DNA of 64,000 bases from an uncultured Gemmatimonadales bacterium. Lineage in GTDB: Bacteria; Gemmatimonadota; Gemmatimonadetes; Gemmatimonadales; GWC2-71-9. Positions 62,538 to 64,000 of this stretch are shown in pieces. Under the pieces are notes generated by a model. It searched no databases, had not been told where the DNA came from, and saw only the letters and a program-made list of their open reading frames with translations. The stretch's first letter is position 1; every line of letters starts with the position of its first letter. The stretch lies in the NCBI GenBank assembly GCA_963798915.1, contig CAWCVB010000002.1, positions 384,001 through 448,000 on the forward strand, written 5' to 3'. Position numbers and translations under genes: made by a program.

Positions 62538-64000
62538 TCACACGGGCACGATGATATCGAGCACCACGCCGGGCTCCGCGCTGCTCCGCACTTGTACGGA
62601 GCCTCCCAGAGCGGTGATCCGCTCGCGCATGCCCGCCAGGCCCATGTGGCCCTCAAGTTCGAACCGGTCGGGATCGGCGTCGTCCGGCAGCCCACGGCCG
62701 TCGTCCCTGAGGCATAACTGCAGCTGATGCTCACGTCGGGTGATCGTCACATCCACGGCGCCGGCGCCGGCATGGCGCAGCACGTTGCTGAGGCCTTCCT
62801 GCAGCGCCCGGTACAGTGCCAGTTCGGTGGCCGTGTCGAGGGTGGGAAGTTCGTCGGGCGCATCGAAGGAAAGCGTGATGCCGCGCTGCCGGGTCATTTC
62901 GCCCGCGAGCGACCGCAGTGCCGGCAGCAGCCCCAGGTCGTCCAGCAGCGAGGGTCGAAGGTCGTTCACGACATTCCGGATGCTGCGAATGCCGGTGTCC
63001 ACCAGGCCCAGGACGCGATCGAGGCGGGAGGCCTGGGCCGGTGCGGCGTCGCTGCGCAGGAGTCCCAATTCCATCTTGACGGCGCTGAAGACCTGGGCGG
63101 TCTCGTCATGCAGCTCACGGGACAGCCGAAGTCGTTCCTCCTCGTGCTGCGCCACCATGCGCGCGCCCAGCCGCTCCAGTTCCCGCCGCCGCGTCTCCAG
63201 GCGCTGGGTGAGCGCCGCGTGCTCAAGGGCTGCTCCGACCTGGTGGCCGAGGGCCAGCAAGAACCGCTGGTCCAAGGCCGTGAAGGGGTCGCGCACCGGG
63301 CCGGTCAGCAGAAGTGCACCGCAGACACCGGTGCCCTGAAAGATCGGGAGTGCGGAGGCAAACCGCCGGGTCGCCGGGTCGCCCACCGCCGCCGGGATCT
63401 CGCGCGCCATCGCCCCGCCGATTGCCTCGGCGTGGATTCCCTCCGGCTGGCGGCCGGTCCAGTTGCCGGCTGTGCCGGCGCCTCCCGCATACCCTTGGTG
63501 ACCGGCATCGAGCAGGTACAAGGCCGTCCCGGTCACGCCGGGCAGGGCGAGCGGTCGCTCGAGCAGGATGTTGATCAGGTCGCTGCTGCCCGCCCCCAGG
63601 CGGATATCGGCAGAGAGCGCGCTGAGCGCCTCGATGCCCCGGCGCAGGTCGTCCAGCACCACGATCAGGAACCCGGTACCAACCGAGAGTTCGAAGATGA
63701 TGTCGAGGTAATATCCCCACGGAGCCCAGGCACCCTGCGCCCGGAGGAAGGGATAGTCCAGGTGGTGGAGCCCCCACAGGAGCAGCGCGATACCCACGAC
63801 GGCCGCGCCCGCGGCACCAACCCGGCGTCGGTAATCGAGGAAGACCAGTCCCGTCCAGATGGATGCGAGGCTGAGGAAGAGCACCATCGGCAGCGCGGCC
63901 AGCAGGAAGCTGTCGAGCTGGTAGATCGCGAAATAGCTCCAGCCCAGCGGCAGGAGGAGCATCAGCGCCCAGCGCGGGTTGAGGCTGACGCCGCGCGAGA
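62538..64000 (-). CDS. Membrane sensor kinase (TM-GAF-HisKA_3), 5' end outside the window
   Basis: ERLRLSRELHD, QEGLSNVLRHA, DDGRG, GLAGMRER. Confidence 0.92.
   Translation of the reverse strand, partial: SRGVSLNPRWALMLLLPLGWSYFAIYQLDSFLLAALPMVLFLSLASIWTGLVFLDYRRRVGAAGAAVVGIALLLWGLHHLDYPFLRAQGAWAPWGYYLDIIFELSVGTGFLIVVLDDLRRGIEALSALSADIRLGAGSSDLINILLERPLALPGVTGTALYLLDAGHQGYAGGAGTAGNWTGRQPEGIHAEAIGGAMAREIPAAVGDPATRRFASALPIFQGTGVCGALLLTGPVRDPFTALDQRFLLALGHQVGAALEHAALTQRLETRRRELERLGARMVAQHEEERLRLSRELHDETAQVFSAVKMELGLLRSDAAPAQASRLDRVLGLVDTGIRSIRNVVNDLRPSLLDDLGLLPALRSLAGEMTRQRGITLSFDAPDELPTLDTATELALYRALQEGLSNVLRHAGAGAVDVTITRREHQLQLCLRDDGRGLPDDADPDRFELEGHMGLAGMRERITALGGSVQVRSSAEPGVVLDIIVPV

Overview
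GC-rich bacterial window; gene content suggests Gemmatimonadota (inference). 1-25 kb is an accessory zone: an IS200/RAYT-like transposase in inverted REP arms, then many small, mostly minus-strand genes and internally deleted relics. It also holds an integrase-less integron remnant (clear attC, attI-like site, decayed PD-(D/E)XK nuclease cassette) and an HTH-less SoxR-like regulator with an intact operator. 25-32 kb: DUF5916, serine hydrolases, pdxH and a lower-GC beta-propeller islet. 33-46 kb: a DosS-like heme-GAF kinase/OmpR operon with a P1B-5 ATPase, divergent from USP and a clade II N2O reductase cluster (cyt c, nosZ, nosB-nosL fusion, nosD, nosF, nosY). 46-55 kb: a rearranged patch with vapBC between repeated sites, a nucleotidyltransferase pair, a second nosY 3' end and a BTAD/ATPase/TPR sensor + microprotein + Ig lipoprotein module. 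55-64 kb: TPP riboswitch-thiC, CBS, SMP-30, Hsp20, hemA, an animal-like [2Fe-2S] hemH and a NarL-type two-component system. Short 7-9-bp tandem arrays recur throughout, one in frame inside thiC. Many single-base frameshifts suggest assembly indels. Family calls are by motif recognition; no searches were run.
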